A stretch of DNA of 64,000 bases, taken from the NCBI GenBank assembly GCA_000004695.1, contig CM000152.2, positions 6,272,001-6,336,000 on the forward strand, read 5' to 3'. Shown piece by piece: positions 51,600 to 62,463 of the stretch. A program made the translations under genes and the position numbers. Origin of the DNA: Dictyostelium discoideum (Eukaryota). Position 1 is the stretch's first letter. Every line of letters starts with the position of its first letter. The notes beneath the pieces are model-generated. The model made no database searches, was not told where the DNA came from, and saw only the letters and a program-made list of their open reading frames with translations.

Positions 51600-53290
51600 T
51601 TATTGTAATTCTTTTAATTCATGAAATTGAAAAATGAGGGATTCAACAAATTTATTTATTGTTTGAATTATTTCCGGAGGTTGATTTTCTGGATTTTTAC
51701 ATTCTAATTCCATTTCATGATATTCACGGTGCAGAGAATATGAATTTAGTATTAAATCAAACAAACCACCTAATATAAATAATTTAGTATATGAGTGGGA
51801 AGAGCTACCTCTAATTGTAGCATAGTAACGTTTGTCTGTGATGTCTACAAGGTTGTACCAGAAAATATATTGATCATGAATCATTTGGGAACGATTCTGA
51901 TGAGTACCAATAACTTTTATTTTTAAATCTTGTAGTTCCTTCTTGGAATAATTTTTGTTTTTATCATATATCCCACCATCTTGAGTGCTATCCAATGGTT
52001 CTAATATTTTTTTAATTTTGTCGTTTTTGTTAAGATTGTTGTTTTCTTTTTTGTATTTATCATTATATATTTGAGCTATGTGTTCAGCTGATAATTTCTT
52101 CAACATTTGTTCGTTCCAAAAAGGACCACATGGTGGTTTTACAAAGTTAGTTTTATATTTGTCATTTAATATTTCCAATGTTGTCCCATGCAATGTCTCA
52201 CCAACAAAAATTAGTTCTAATTCTTTTTTTGAAAAACGAAATAAATTTCCAATAGTTGCAAATTGTTCTATATTTAGATTATTATTAATTTCCACATATG
52301 GGTTTGAATATCTTGAATATAGATTTGTTGCAATGCAATTGATATGACCAGCGGTATTTTTGGTATACTCGTACAATAGTCCTGTGCTTTCATCATAAAA
52401 AAGGAATGTTTTATGTATGGTTAATAAAGGTTTGACGAATATTTTATTTCTTGAGGAACAGTCACGCCACTCTTCCTTGTTGAGGATAAAATACGACATT
52501 TCAATTCATCTAAACATTCTTTATTATTTACTAATGCAAAGGCACTATCGCAACATACGATTAAGTTATTCCTTGGATCCTCCCAATTATATTTTGAATG
52601 TAAATTATCCAAAAGGGTTTTTAATGAATTGAAAGGAGATTGACAGTTTTCTGGTGTTCTTGGACCATAACTAATTACATATGGACAATTACTAATATTC
52701 AATTTGGTTGTTAGACTATATGCTTCAATTCCGACTGAATGGGGTTTGCTATCATTATTAATCAATATATGATCTTTCCCATAATATGCGTATATTGTTT
52801 CATCACAATTGAGAACGTTACCAATATTAATATATTTCAATGCACTGTTCATAAATATTTCACAATACTCTTCAAATCTATGACTTTTCATATCCAAAAC
52901 ATTATGTACTGCTGAATATCTATTGTGATCCATCATTTTTAAATTAATTCAGGTGGTATCTTATCATTGTTTTTATTTGAATAAATATTTTTTAAATAAT
53001 CAGTTATAAATTTCCAGAATGTAATATCGGTTAAATCATTTAATCTTGAAATATCCTTCCCTTTATCTAATTTTTTCTCCCTCTCATGTCTAAGATTTGT
53101 ATTAATTAATGAAATTAAAAATTTTGATAAATCTTCATTTAATAACAATTTAAAAAAAAATAATTCATTATAAACCTGACCATTATTTTCACTTTCAATC
53201 TTTTCTCTATTTATTGATGATTTTCTTGGTGTAGTGTTTTCAACAATTTCGCTATAATTAATTGGTCATACTTTATTATTAAAAATAGAA
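51600..53290 (-). pseudogene. piggyBac-type (DDE_Tnp_1_7) transposase-derived gene, interrupted by at least two frameshifts and lacking an in-frame ATG at the 5' end. It is a decayed or domesticated transposase.
   Basis: Three consecutive minus-strand ORFs in different frames together span a piggyBac transposase. LNCDETIYAYYGKDHILINNDSKPHSVGIEAYSL corresponds to T. ni piggyBac LTIDEQLLGFRGRCPFRMYIPNKPSKYGIKILMM. IVCCDSAFAL...LKCRILSSTRKSGVTVP corresponds to ITCDNWFTSIPLAKNLL...IVGTVRSNKREIP. FLFYDESTGLLYEYTKNTAGHIN corresponds to ESTGKPQMVMYYNQTKGGVD. The frame shifts at ~52936-52941 and within 52421-52499. A K/N-rich insertion is present. Confidence 0.65.
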
Positions 53291-53569
53291 TGGTTAAATG
53301 TTCAATAAAAAAAAAAAAAAAAAAAAAATACACACACTTTCATTTTAATATTTGTTTTCGAAAATAAATATCTGAATTTTTATTAATTTTTTTTTTTTTT
53401 TTTAATTTTTTAAGGTGTAAAAAAATGTGAAAAATTTTTTTATTTTTTGTCAAAAAGTTTTAAATTTTTTAAAATAAAATGAAATGAAATAAAATAAAAT
53501 AAAAAAAGTTTTAAATTAATAAAAAAAATACTTATAATATATTTATTATTTAATTTTATAAAATTGAGT

Positions 53570-56516
53570 CTAACTTCTAGATGACCTTGAGGATGTTACC
53601 GTGGTTGATGGTTTTTGGAATTTTCTTTCTCTTTCTCTAATTTTTTCTTTTTCTCTTTCAATTTCTTTTTGTTTTTCAGCTTCTTTTTCTTTTTGTTTAA
53701 TTACTTTTTCATTTTCCCGATTCATTCTTTCAGATTTACTCATCATAGATTGTGATGGTGTTGATGAGGAAGAGGAAGAAGAAGGGGATACATTTGAAGA
53801 TTTTGAAGAGGATCTACCACTTTGTTCTCTTTCATTTCTTGTTGAGGATTTATCTGAATCTCTTTCATTATTCGATGATGTTGAAGATGATGTTGTTGAG
53901 TCTTTTGAATCTTCTTTCTTTCTTGATGATGATGATGATGATGATGGTTCACTTCTTTGTGATTCATCTTTTTTATTTGAATCTCTAGTTCTAGTGTTTT
54001 CATTTTTATCTGATCTATCTCTACTATTGGTAGAGGTTGAGGATGAGTCTCTGTCTCTGTTATCAGAGGTTTCTTTTCTGGCATTTGATGAGGTATCTCT
54101 ATCTCTATCTCTATCTCTGTCCCTGTTGCCACTACCACTTGATGAGTATGAATGATCAGAATCTTTTCTACCACCACTACTTGATTGATTACTATCTGAT
54201 GCTCTATCCTTACTTTCTCGTTTACTTCCACTAGTTGTTGAAGAATAATCCCTATTTTCTCTATCTCTATTTGAGTCGCTTTTACTTGATGGATAAGAGT
54301 CATTCTCTCTTTTACCACTACCACTTGAGGATGATGTTTCTCTATCTCTTGTTGAATCTCTATCGTAATGATCTCTAGAACTTCTATTATCTGATCTATC
54401 ATCTCTTTCTTTATCTCTTGTACTTTCGCTTCTTCTGTCGGATGATCTATCTCTATCTCTTTCTCTATCCCTATCTCTGTCTCTATCTCTTCTGCTGCTG
54501 CTGCTACTGTCATGGTCATCCCTATCTCTGTCTCTTCTACTGCTGCTGCTGCTATCATGATCATCCCTATCTCTATCTCTTCTGCTGCTACTGTTACTGT
54601 TGCTATCATGATCATCCCTATCTCTTCGGCTGCTACCACTGTTACTGCTGCTACCACTGTCATGATCATCTCTATCTCTTCTGTTGCTGCTACCACTATC
54701 ATGATCATCTCTATCTCTTCTGTTGCTGCTGTTGTTACCACTATCATGATCATCTCTATCTCTTCTGCTGCTACCACTATCATGGTCATCTCTATCTCTA
54801 TCCCTGTCTCTTCTATCATAGTCATCTCTATCTCTATCTCTGTCTCTTCTATTATCGTAGTCATCTCTTTCCCTTCTTTCTCTATCTCTTTCTCTATCTC
54901 TTTCTCTTTCTCTTTCATCGACATCGTCATCTCTTTTTCTCTTTTCACCATGATAATCACCACCGTATCTGTCAGGTGAACTACCACCACTTGACCATTC
55001 ATCTCTTTTTGATGAGGAATAAGGTCTACCACCACCACTACCACTGCCGCCGCTGCCGACACTACTACCACTACCGCCGCTACCATTTGGGGGTGGTGGA
55101 CCACCTTGATAAAAGTAAGGAGGAGGTGGACCGCCAATCATATTTGGAGGTGGTGCACCCCCTCTACCCATATAACCTCCTCTACCACTTGACATTGTAG
55201 CTCCATATGGAGGAGGTGGGAAAGGTGAACCTCTACCACCTCGACCCATATAACCTCCTCTCATTGGTGGAGAATAAAACTCTGGTTGCATTCCAATGGG
55301 TGGTGGTGGACCACCTCTACCACCTCTCATTGAAGCACCTACTGATCTCTTACCACCTCTACCACCTCTTGAATATGGATCAGCATAACCATATGGTGGT
55401 TGTTGTTGCTGTTGTTGTGGTGGTTGTTGATATGGATAAGGCATACCACCAAAATGTGGATGTGAACCACCACCACCACTGCCATTAACACCACCTCCAT
55501 TACCACCATGTTGTGAATTTGACAATGATGATGATGATAAAGATGATTGATGATGAATATTATTTGCAATATTACCACTATTTGTATTATTATTATTATT
55601 ATTATTATGAGAGTTTGAAGAAGAATTTAAATGTTGTTGATTCGATTGATTTGATTGACCTAAACTAATATTCTTAATGGTAGTAAGAGCATTATGATAA
55701 TTTTGTTGAGAAAGTAAACGAATTGTCATCTCTTTACCATTGATTTCTTTTTTCTCAGTTTTTGATTTTGCAAGTTGAGCTTGTTCAATATGTTCAAACT
55801 CTACAAATGCATAACCTTTTGATTTACCATTATTTTCATTTTCAAAGATCTTTAATGTAACAATCTTTCCAAACTCTAAAAATACATTTTCAAGTTGTTG
55901 GTCAGTTGTCCACCATTCTAATCCACTAATATACAATGCTGGTGATAAATCAGTAGTATCAGTAATTGTCGTTGTTGTTGTTGTTGATGATGATTCTCCT
56001 GATACTGTAGATGATGATCCATTATTTGTTCTATTATTGTTATTATTGTTATTGTTATTTGATGTTGAATTTTGATCATTTTCATCATATGTTCCTAATA
56101 TATTCTTTATATATATATAAAATGTAATTCAAAAAAATTAGAAAATTAATAATTTTAAAATTAAATAAAATAAAAATAAATTATGTAGTTACATCATCAT
56201 CATTTTCATCATAAGATTTTTCATCTTCAATTAATCTTATACTGTGAGTATTTTCTGTATCATCATCCATATTACTAGCACTTCTTCTTGATTTATTATT
56301 ATTATTATCATCTTCATCTTCATCATCATCTCTACGTGATGATCCATAATTACTATCACTATCTTCATGATTATTCGATTCACTACGTGTATTCATAGTT
56401 TCATCATTTTCATTTCTGTTTCTATATTTATTATCTTCTATTTCATCTTCTCCAAGTTCATCTTCTGTATGTTTCTTTTCATCTTTAAAGTCTCCATATA
56501 TATCATAATCTTCCAT
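53570..56516 (-). CDS. Cleavage and polyadenylation specificity factor subunit 6 (CFIm68/CPSF6) homolog. Minus-strand exons are 56516..56193 and 56104..53570.
   Basis: The RRM ALYISGLEWWTTDQQLENVFLEFGKIVTLKIFENENNGKSKGYAFVEFEH matches human CPSF6 (LYIGNLTWWTTDEDL...IKFFENRANGQSKGFALV). It is followed by a Gly/Pro/RGG region and a long RD/RS/RE-dipeptide C-terminus, as in CFIm68. The track ORF starts at a TTG. The true ATG is at 56516 (MEDYDIYGDF, compare human DHIDIYADVGEEF). A donor GAT|gtaact is at 56193/92 and an acceptor tataaag| at 56105, phase 0. Confidence 0.75.
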
Positions 56517-56939
56517 TATTCTATTTTATTTTATTTTCTTTATAAAAAATATATTATTATTATTGTTATTATTATATTTGATCGGTAATATTTGTTTATA
56601 AAGAAATGAAAAAAAAAAAAAATGAAAAAAAAAAAAAAAAATGAAAAAAAAAAAAAAAACAATTTAATTACACAATTTTAATTTGTCCCTTCAATTTCAA
56701 AAATAAATTAAAAAAAAAAAAAAAATTAAAAAAAAATTAAAAAAATGATTATGGTTTGTTAAAATTTTTTTATTTTTTTTTAAAATTTATTAATATTATA
56801 TTCACTAAAATGGAAATTTGTAGAGACCTAGAAGATTTTAAAAAAAGATTTTTTGTACCAAATTATTTATTGATAATAATTTCTCAATTCAAAGATGATG
56901 ACTTTACCAACAGCAGTTGAACTAGCTTGTTAATTATTA

Positions 56940-56970
<31 letters not shown>

Positions 56971-57063
56971 CCACAGTAAATAAAACTAATTAATACCAAT
57001 TGAATTATTAATTTTATCTTAATCCAGTTTATACTCTTAATTTTTTTTTATTTTTTTGTTTTT

Positions 57064-57099
<36 letters not shown>

Positions 57100-57216
57100 C
57101 GCTTTTTTGTGTTCATTTTTATTTTATTCCTTTTTTATTTTATATTACTTTATTTTTTTAAAAACATTTAATCTAGGTTTTTATTGTACAAACAATAATC
57201 TGAAACATTCATTTAA

Positions 57217-57945
57217 ATGTTTAGGATAGCTAAAAGTTTAAGAAGCAGACTTAGAACTTTTGAAACTATAAAAAACTATGATAAACAAAAAAGAAATGAA
57301 AAAAATCAAGAAAAATTTATTAATACCGCAGGAGTAACACGAGAAAACCTTGAATTAAAAATTAAAGAATCAGAAAATAGACATATACTTGAGAAATTTA
57401 TTACAGTTATTCCCAGCAACTATTCACCAATAATATTAAATAAAGAACAAAAACTAAAAATAACCGATAATAAGTACAAAAGATTACCTCGAGCACAACG
57501 AGATCAATTAAAATTACAATTACAAGAACAATCCACTTCATTCAGTTACATAAATATAGATGAAATTCAACAACAAAATGATAAAGATGATAAAGATGAT
57601 AACCAAATAGTAACATTAGTTGTTGAAGATAAAGAATATTTTGTTAAATTTAATAACTTTGCATTTTTAGCAGATGTTATCAAATCAGATGTTTTATATT
57701 TATGTGGTTTGGTTAAAGATTTACCAACAAATCTTAATAGAGATAGTTCATATTTACGAGATACATCACTATTAAAACGTTTTTATGCATTTGGTAAAAA
57801 CAAAAAAAGAGTACCCAGTACAGCATGTGCCAAATGTTTGTTTTTTAATTATGATAAAATAATATTGGAATCTTCAAAGAATATAAAAGAAAAAAAATCA
57901 AACCCCAAAAATGCTTCAAAAAAAAAACAAAATTCAAGAAATTAA
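57217..57945 (+). CDS. Hypothetical K/N-rich protein with an N-terminal presequence-like region, possibly mitochondrial. Single exon.
   Basis: The ATG at 57217 was verified. MFRIAKSLRSRLRTF is amphipathic and basic. No recognisable domain is present. Confidence 0.45.
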   Translation: MFRIAKSLRSRLRTFETIKNYDKQKRNEKNQEKFINTAGVTRENLELKIKESENRHILEKFITVIPSNYSPIILNKEQKLKITDNKYKRLPRAQRDQLKLQLQEQSTSFSYINIDEIQQQNDKDDKDDNQIVTLVVEDKEYFVKFNNFAFLADVIKSDVLYLCGLVKDLPTNLNRDSSYLRDTSLLKRFYAFGKNKKRVPSTACAKCLFFNYDKIILESSKNIKEKKSNPKNASKKKQNSRN

Positions 57946-58479
57946 TATTTTCTACCATAAAATAGCAATTCCTAAATAAAAAAAATAAATAAATAAAAAA
58001 ACTTAACTTTTTAAGTTAAAAAAAAAACATTCAAGTTGTGTTTAAAAAAAAAAAAAAAAAAAAAATATTTAACCTCAACCAAAAATAATAATAATAATAA
58101 CCAAATACAAAAATTCTAAATAACTTCTCAAACTAAAATAAAAAAATAATAATAACCAACAAAATAATAAATAAATTTGTATATATATATATTTTATTTT
58201 ATTTTGTTTTATTTTTTTTTATTTAAAAAATTAAATATCCCACAATAACCAGTTTTCATATTTAATTATTTTAATTTTTTTTTAATAATCTTTTATTTCT
58301 TTTTATTTTTTTTTTTATCATTTTCTATTATTATTTTTCATCTGCCACTCTTTTCATTTTTAACAAAATTTCAGAAAATTTTCCAATATCCTTTATCAAT
58401 AGACAAGTTTTAAAATATTTCCCAAGAATTTAAAATTTATTATTATTTTTTTTTTTTTTTTTTAATTTATAGGATTAAA

Positions 58480-58824
58480 ATGGAAGAAAAAAAAGAAATC
58501 GTTTATATCTATGAACAATCCACTGGAATCCTTTATGATGGAGAAGGACATGAAATTTGTAGAGGATATTCTGGTAAAGGTGAACACAAGAATCAACCAA
58601 GTTCTGAGGGTTTAGAAAATTATGGTCCAATACCCAGAGGTACATATTTATTGAAAAAACCCAAAGGTAAGGTAGTGATTGATTTAATACCACTCCAAAA
58701 ACTTATAAATGGTAGACATTCATTCCAAATTCATGGAGACAGTATAGAAAATCCAGGTACTGCATCCCAAGGTTGTATTATACTAGGAAAAGATGTTAGA
58801 TTGAAAATTTCTGAACAACCTTAA
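58480..58824 (+). CDS. Small (114 aa) protein with a bacterial-type DUF2778/Tlde1-like L,D-transpeptidase (YkuD) fold. Single exon.
   Basis: The ATG at 58480 was verified. YSGKGEHKNQPSSEGLENYGPIPRGTYLL matches the DUF2778 pattern (G.G...N.....KGPLP.G.W). HSFQIHGDSIENPGTASQGCIIL matches the catalytic His ... S.GC(I/V) motif of YkuD-type L,D-transpeptidases and Tlde1 effectors (FSIHGG...SAGCIDL). Confidence 0.6.
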   Translation: MEEKKEIVYIYEQSTGILYDGEGHEICRGYSGKGEHKNQPSSEGLENYGPIPRGTYLLKKPKGKVVIDLIPLQKLINGRHSFQIHGDSIENPGTASQGCIILGKDVRLKISEQP

Positions 58825-58859
58825 ACTAAAAAGTTAATTGTTGTTTACTTTTATAAACC

Positions 58860-59587
58860 AAATAACATAACAACAGATAGCACCCTTCCAACTCCATCAC
58901 CAATTTCAACTCCACATCCAACCTCTATTCCACATCCATTCTTTTTTCCTTCACCAATCTTAACTCCACCTTCAACCTCAACTCCATCATCAACCACAAC
59001 TGCATCATCAACTTCAACTCCATCATCAACCTCAACCCCCTCATCAACCTCAAGTCTAAAGAATTTCAAATATGCATCATTACTTAAACAACAATCTAAT
59101 AACTTAACAACATCGTCACATGACTATACACAACCACAAACAAAACAAATTCCAACTTCAAATCCCACCTATTACCCTGAACTACCATTTGCATTAAAAT
59201 CACCAGAACAACAAATGTTAGATATTGAATTAATGAAGTATAAATCTTTTTCTCCTAAACCACCATTGAATATGAATAATATAACACCATCGTCATCGTT
59301 GTCATCATCGACTTTTATTAAAACAGAATTACAAAGTAAACCAAATTTAAGTTCATATTATTCTTCCCCCCTCTTCTTCTTCTTTGTCTTCTTTTTCTTC
59401 TTTTTCCTCTTCTTCTTCTGATATCAATAGTATAAGATATTCAAAATATTTTCAAACATCCAATTCATCCTTAGAGAATGTATCCTGTGGTTCATCTTTT
59501 AAAAGTTTTGATACCAGAACTCCAAATCTCTCTCTATTTAGTGATCCTAAAAATTCCTCCATTGGTTTCTCTTATAAATTTGGTTAA
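58860..59587 (+). other. S/T/P-rich, mucin-like open frame with an apparent +1/-1 shift at a C/T homopolymer run around 59375. It may be a low-complexity coding region or pseudogene. No upstream start codon was identified.
   Basis: The frame LPTPSPISTPHPTSIPHP...PSSTSTPSSTSTPSSTSS...SPKPPLNMNNITPSSSLSSS stays open for about 170 codons. It then continues in another frame (SSSSDINSIRYSKYFQTSNSSLENVSCGSSF...) after the run ccccctcttcttcttc. Confidence 0.25.
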
Positions 59588-59684
59588 TAATTTTTTCATC
59601 CATCATTTTAGTAGTCCCAGGTAAAAAAAATGTCAAAAAATAAAACCTTCAGAATTAATTCATTCTATTGCAAAGTAGAAAAAT

Positions 59685-59726
<42 letters not shown>

Positions 59727-59836
59727 CTTCCTAGGATAATAGTTTTAAATAAAATGATTAGATATTTTAAATTCTTTTAGTTCTTTAAATTTTTGTTATT
59801 TATTTATTTTATTTTTATTTTATTTTATTTTATTTT

Positions 59837-60697
59837 TTAATTAATTAATTTTGGTTCAATTTTAACATAAATTAATTTTGAAGGCTCAGATTTTATTGGT
59901 CTTTTTAAATGGGTAATTAATATTTTTGTATGTTGTGGATTAAATTTATCAAATGATAATTCTTTAATGATTAAAGTTTGATCAGATAATAATGAAGCTT
60001 TAAGTTTACTATTTTCCACACCAATATATTCAATTGTAACTTCTGAATTATAGCTATAAAATATTAATGTTGAATTATTTACAAAATCTGATGGATTTAA
60101 ATCAATGATTTTTGAGATTTTATTATTCTCATCTTCATCATCATCAATATCATCAATATCATCAAATGAAATTACTTCTACCTTATGATTGATTTCACTA
60201 TCTTTACTAATTACACTAAAATCATAAGTTTCTTCAACTTCATTTAATTGAGAAGTTGCTATCAATGGTTGTTGAAAACAAATTGGTGAATTTGGTGAAA
60301 CTGAACAATTATTATCAATGAAATTATTTTTAACTGCTAATAGTGGTTGTTGTTGTTGTTGTTTATCATTATTTTCATTTGGTAAGAATACTGAATCAGT
60401 TTCATAACCACCATTAAAATTATAAGGTTTAAAATAATCTAAATCAATTGATTCATTTGGTTTTTGTCTATGGAATAATGATAATCTATTTCCTTTTAAA
60501 ATTAATAAACTTCTATTGTAACCATCAAATGTTGAAAATGGTCCTGCTGTACCAACTACTGCACGACTAATACGATAAGTGAATGAATCATTTAATGTAC
60601 TTCCAATTGGTTCAATATGAATTTGTGTTGATTTACCTTTTCCATTTCTCCAAACCATATGATCATAATCACATTTTTCTTTAATTTTCCAATACAT
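59837..60697 (-). CDS. HutD/Ves-family (cupin-like) protein. The N-terminal ~130 aa is the HutD domain. The C-terminal half is acidic and low-complexity. Single exon.
   Basis: The ATG at 60697 was verified. DYDHMVWRNGKGKSTQIHIEP...FTYRISRAVVGTAGPFSTFDGYNRSLLILKGNRLSLF follows the HutD consensus (DY..MPW.NGGG.T.EI...P...F.WR.S.A.V...GPFS.F.G.DR.L..L.G.G..L). Confidence 0.65.
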   Translation of the reverse strand: MYWKIKEKCDYDHMVWRNGKGKSTQIHIEPIGSTLNDSFTYRISRAVVGTAGPFSTFDGYNRSLLILKGNRLSLFHRQKPNESIDLDYFKPYNFNGGYETDSVFLPNENNDKQQQQQPLLAVKNNFIDNNCSVSPNSPICFQQPLIATSQLNEVEETYDFSVISKDSEINHKVEVISFDDIDDIDDDEDENNKISKIIDLNPSDFVNNSTLIFYSYNSEVTIEYIGVENSKLKASLLSDQTLIIKELSFDKFNPQHTKILITHLKRPIKSEPSKLIYVKIEPKLIN

Positions 60698-61060
60698 TTT
60701 TATTTTAAAATTATTATTATTATAATTATTATATATTATATAAATAAATTATAATTTAAATATTATTTGAATTTTTTTTTTTTTTTTTTTTTTTTTTATA
60801 TTAATGAAATTTTAAAATGAAATTTTCAATTTTTAATTACAGCGCAATTGTTAAAAGAAAAAAAAAAATAAAAAAAAAATAAAAAAAAAATTAAAAATTA
60901 AAATAAAAAAAAAAAATAAAAATTAAAATAAAAAAAAAAAAAAATCAAGAGAAGATTTTTTTTTTTTTTTTTTTTTATTTTACTTTTCTTTAAATATATA
61001 AATATAAGTATATATACATATATATATATATAAATATAAAATTTAAAAAAAAAAAAAAAA

Positions 61061-62356
61061 ATGAATTCAATTCAATTTCCAACACATGAAAAAATTATTG
61101 AAGCAGTTGATAAATTACAAAATGAAGCAATTGAAAAATTAAAACAAATGGTATCATTCGATTCTGTATTAGGTAATGAAAGAGATGTTCAATTATATGT
61201 TGAAGAAGTTTTCAAATCATTAGATTTAAAGGTTGATAGATTTGAAATTGATTTAGAAAAGATTAAACATTTACCAGGTTTTTCACCAGTCAATTGGTCT
61301 TATAAAGGAAAAGAGAATGTAATTGGTATTCATGAACCAGCACCAACTCAACATGCATCAAAACCAGAATCAGAGAGAAAATCATTAATTTTCAATGGTC
61401 ATGTTGATGTTGTACCAACAGGAAGAGATGCACTTTGGACTCAAAATCCATTCTCACCATATGTTAAGGATGGTCGTCTCTATGGTAGAGGTAGTGGTGA
61501 TATGAAAGCAGGTATCATTGCATTTATCATTGCCTATAAGGCAATTAAAGAATTGGGTTTTACTCCAGCCGCAAAAGTATTACTTCAAACTGTAGTCGAA
61601 GAGGAATGCACTGGTAATGGAACATTGGCTTGTTTAGAGAGAGGTTACCGTGCTGATGCTGCCATCATTCCTGAACCATTTCCAGAGATTATCACTGCTC
61701 AAGTTGGTTTAGTTTGGTGTAAAGTTAATGTACGTGGTAAACCAGCACACACATTGGAGATGAGTAAAGGTATTAATGCAATCGATGGTGCTATGTATCT
61801 TGTTGGTGAACTTAGAAAATTAGAGGCTGAATGGAACACTGTAAAACATGAAGCATTCTCTGACAAGTTTGACCATCCATTAAATTTCAATCTTGGTATG
61901 ATCAGTGGTGGTGAATGGACCTCTTCAGTACCATGTGAATGTTCATTTGATCTTCGTGCAGGTTTTTATCCAGGTACACCATTGGAAAAAGTTCGTAAAA
62001 CAATCATTGATACTATTGACCGTGCCGCTAAAGAAAAGAATTTACCATACACAATCGAATGGAATGGTTTCCAAGCTGAAGGTGTCACTCATAGTGCCTC
62101 TGGTGATATGATGAAACAATTGGGCGCCACTTATAAATCTGCACTTGGTACTGATGCCATTTATTCACCTGTACTTTGTACCACCGATAGTAGATTCTTT
62201 GAACTTTATTATAATATTCCTGCAACTTGTCTTGGTCCAGAATCAAAAGCAATTCACGGTATTGATGAAAGTGTCTCATTAGAAAGTTTAAGAGATATTA
62301 CAAGAGTTTTAGCTTGTTTTATTTCTGATTGGTGTGGTCTTCAACCACTTCATTAA
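61061..62356 (+). CDS. Peptidase M20 family metallohydrolase: an ArgE/DapE-type acetylornithine deacetylase or succinyl-diaminopimelate desuccinylase-like protein. Single exon, 431 aa.
   Basis: The ATG at 61061 was verified. NGHVDVVPTG, the metal-binding GRGSGDMKAG, and VEEECTGNGT (a catalytic Glu-Glu pair) match M20. The dimerisation-domain region and the C-terminal HGIDESVSLESL are also M20-like. Confidence 0.8.
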   Translation: MNSIQFPTHEKIIEAVDKLQNEAIEKLKQMVSFDSVLGNERDVQLYVEEVFKSLDLKVDRFEIDLEKIKHLPGFSPVNWSYKGKENVIGIHEPAPTQHASKPESERKSLIFNGHVDVVPTGRDALWTQNPFSPYVKDGRLYGRGSGDMKAGIIAFIIAYKAIKELGFTPAAKVLLQTVVEEECTGNGTLACLERGYRADAAIIPEPFPEIITAQVGLVWCKVNVRGKPAHTLEMSKGINAIDGAMYLVGELRKLEAEWNTVKHEAFSDKFDHPLNFNLGMISGGEWTSSVPCECSFDLRAGFYPGTPLEKVRKTIIDTIDRAAKEKNLPYTIEWNGFQAEGVTHSASGDMMKQLGATYKSALGTDAIYSPVLCTTDSRFFELYYNIPATCLGPESKAIHGIDESVSLESLRDITRVLACFISDWCGLQPLH

Positions 62357-62463
62357 AAATAAAAACTATTAATTTAAAAACTAATAATAATAAATAATAA
62401 TAAAATATTGTAAAAAAAAAAAAAAAACAATAATAATAGAAGTAATTTATTTTATTTTATATT

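Noticed and set aside
53601-55578. Multiple overlapping ORFs of 90-460 aa on both strands inside the CPSF6 RD/RS region.
   Set aside because: They are frame and antisense artefacts of the GA/TC-rich dipeptide-repeat DNA. The sense frame carries the clear CPSF6 homology.
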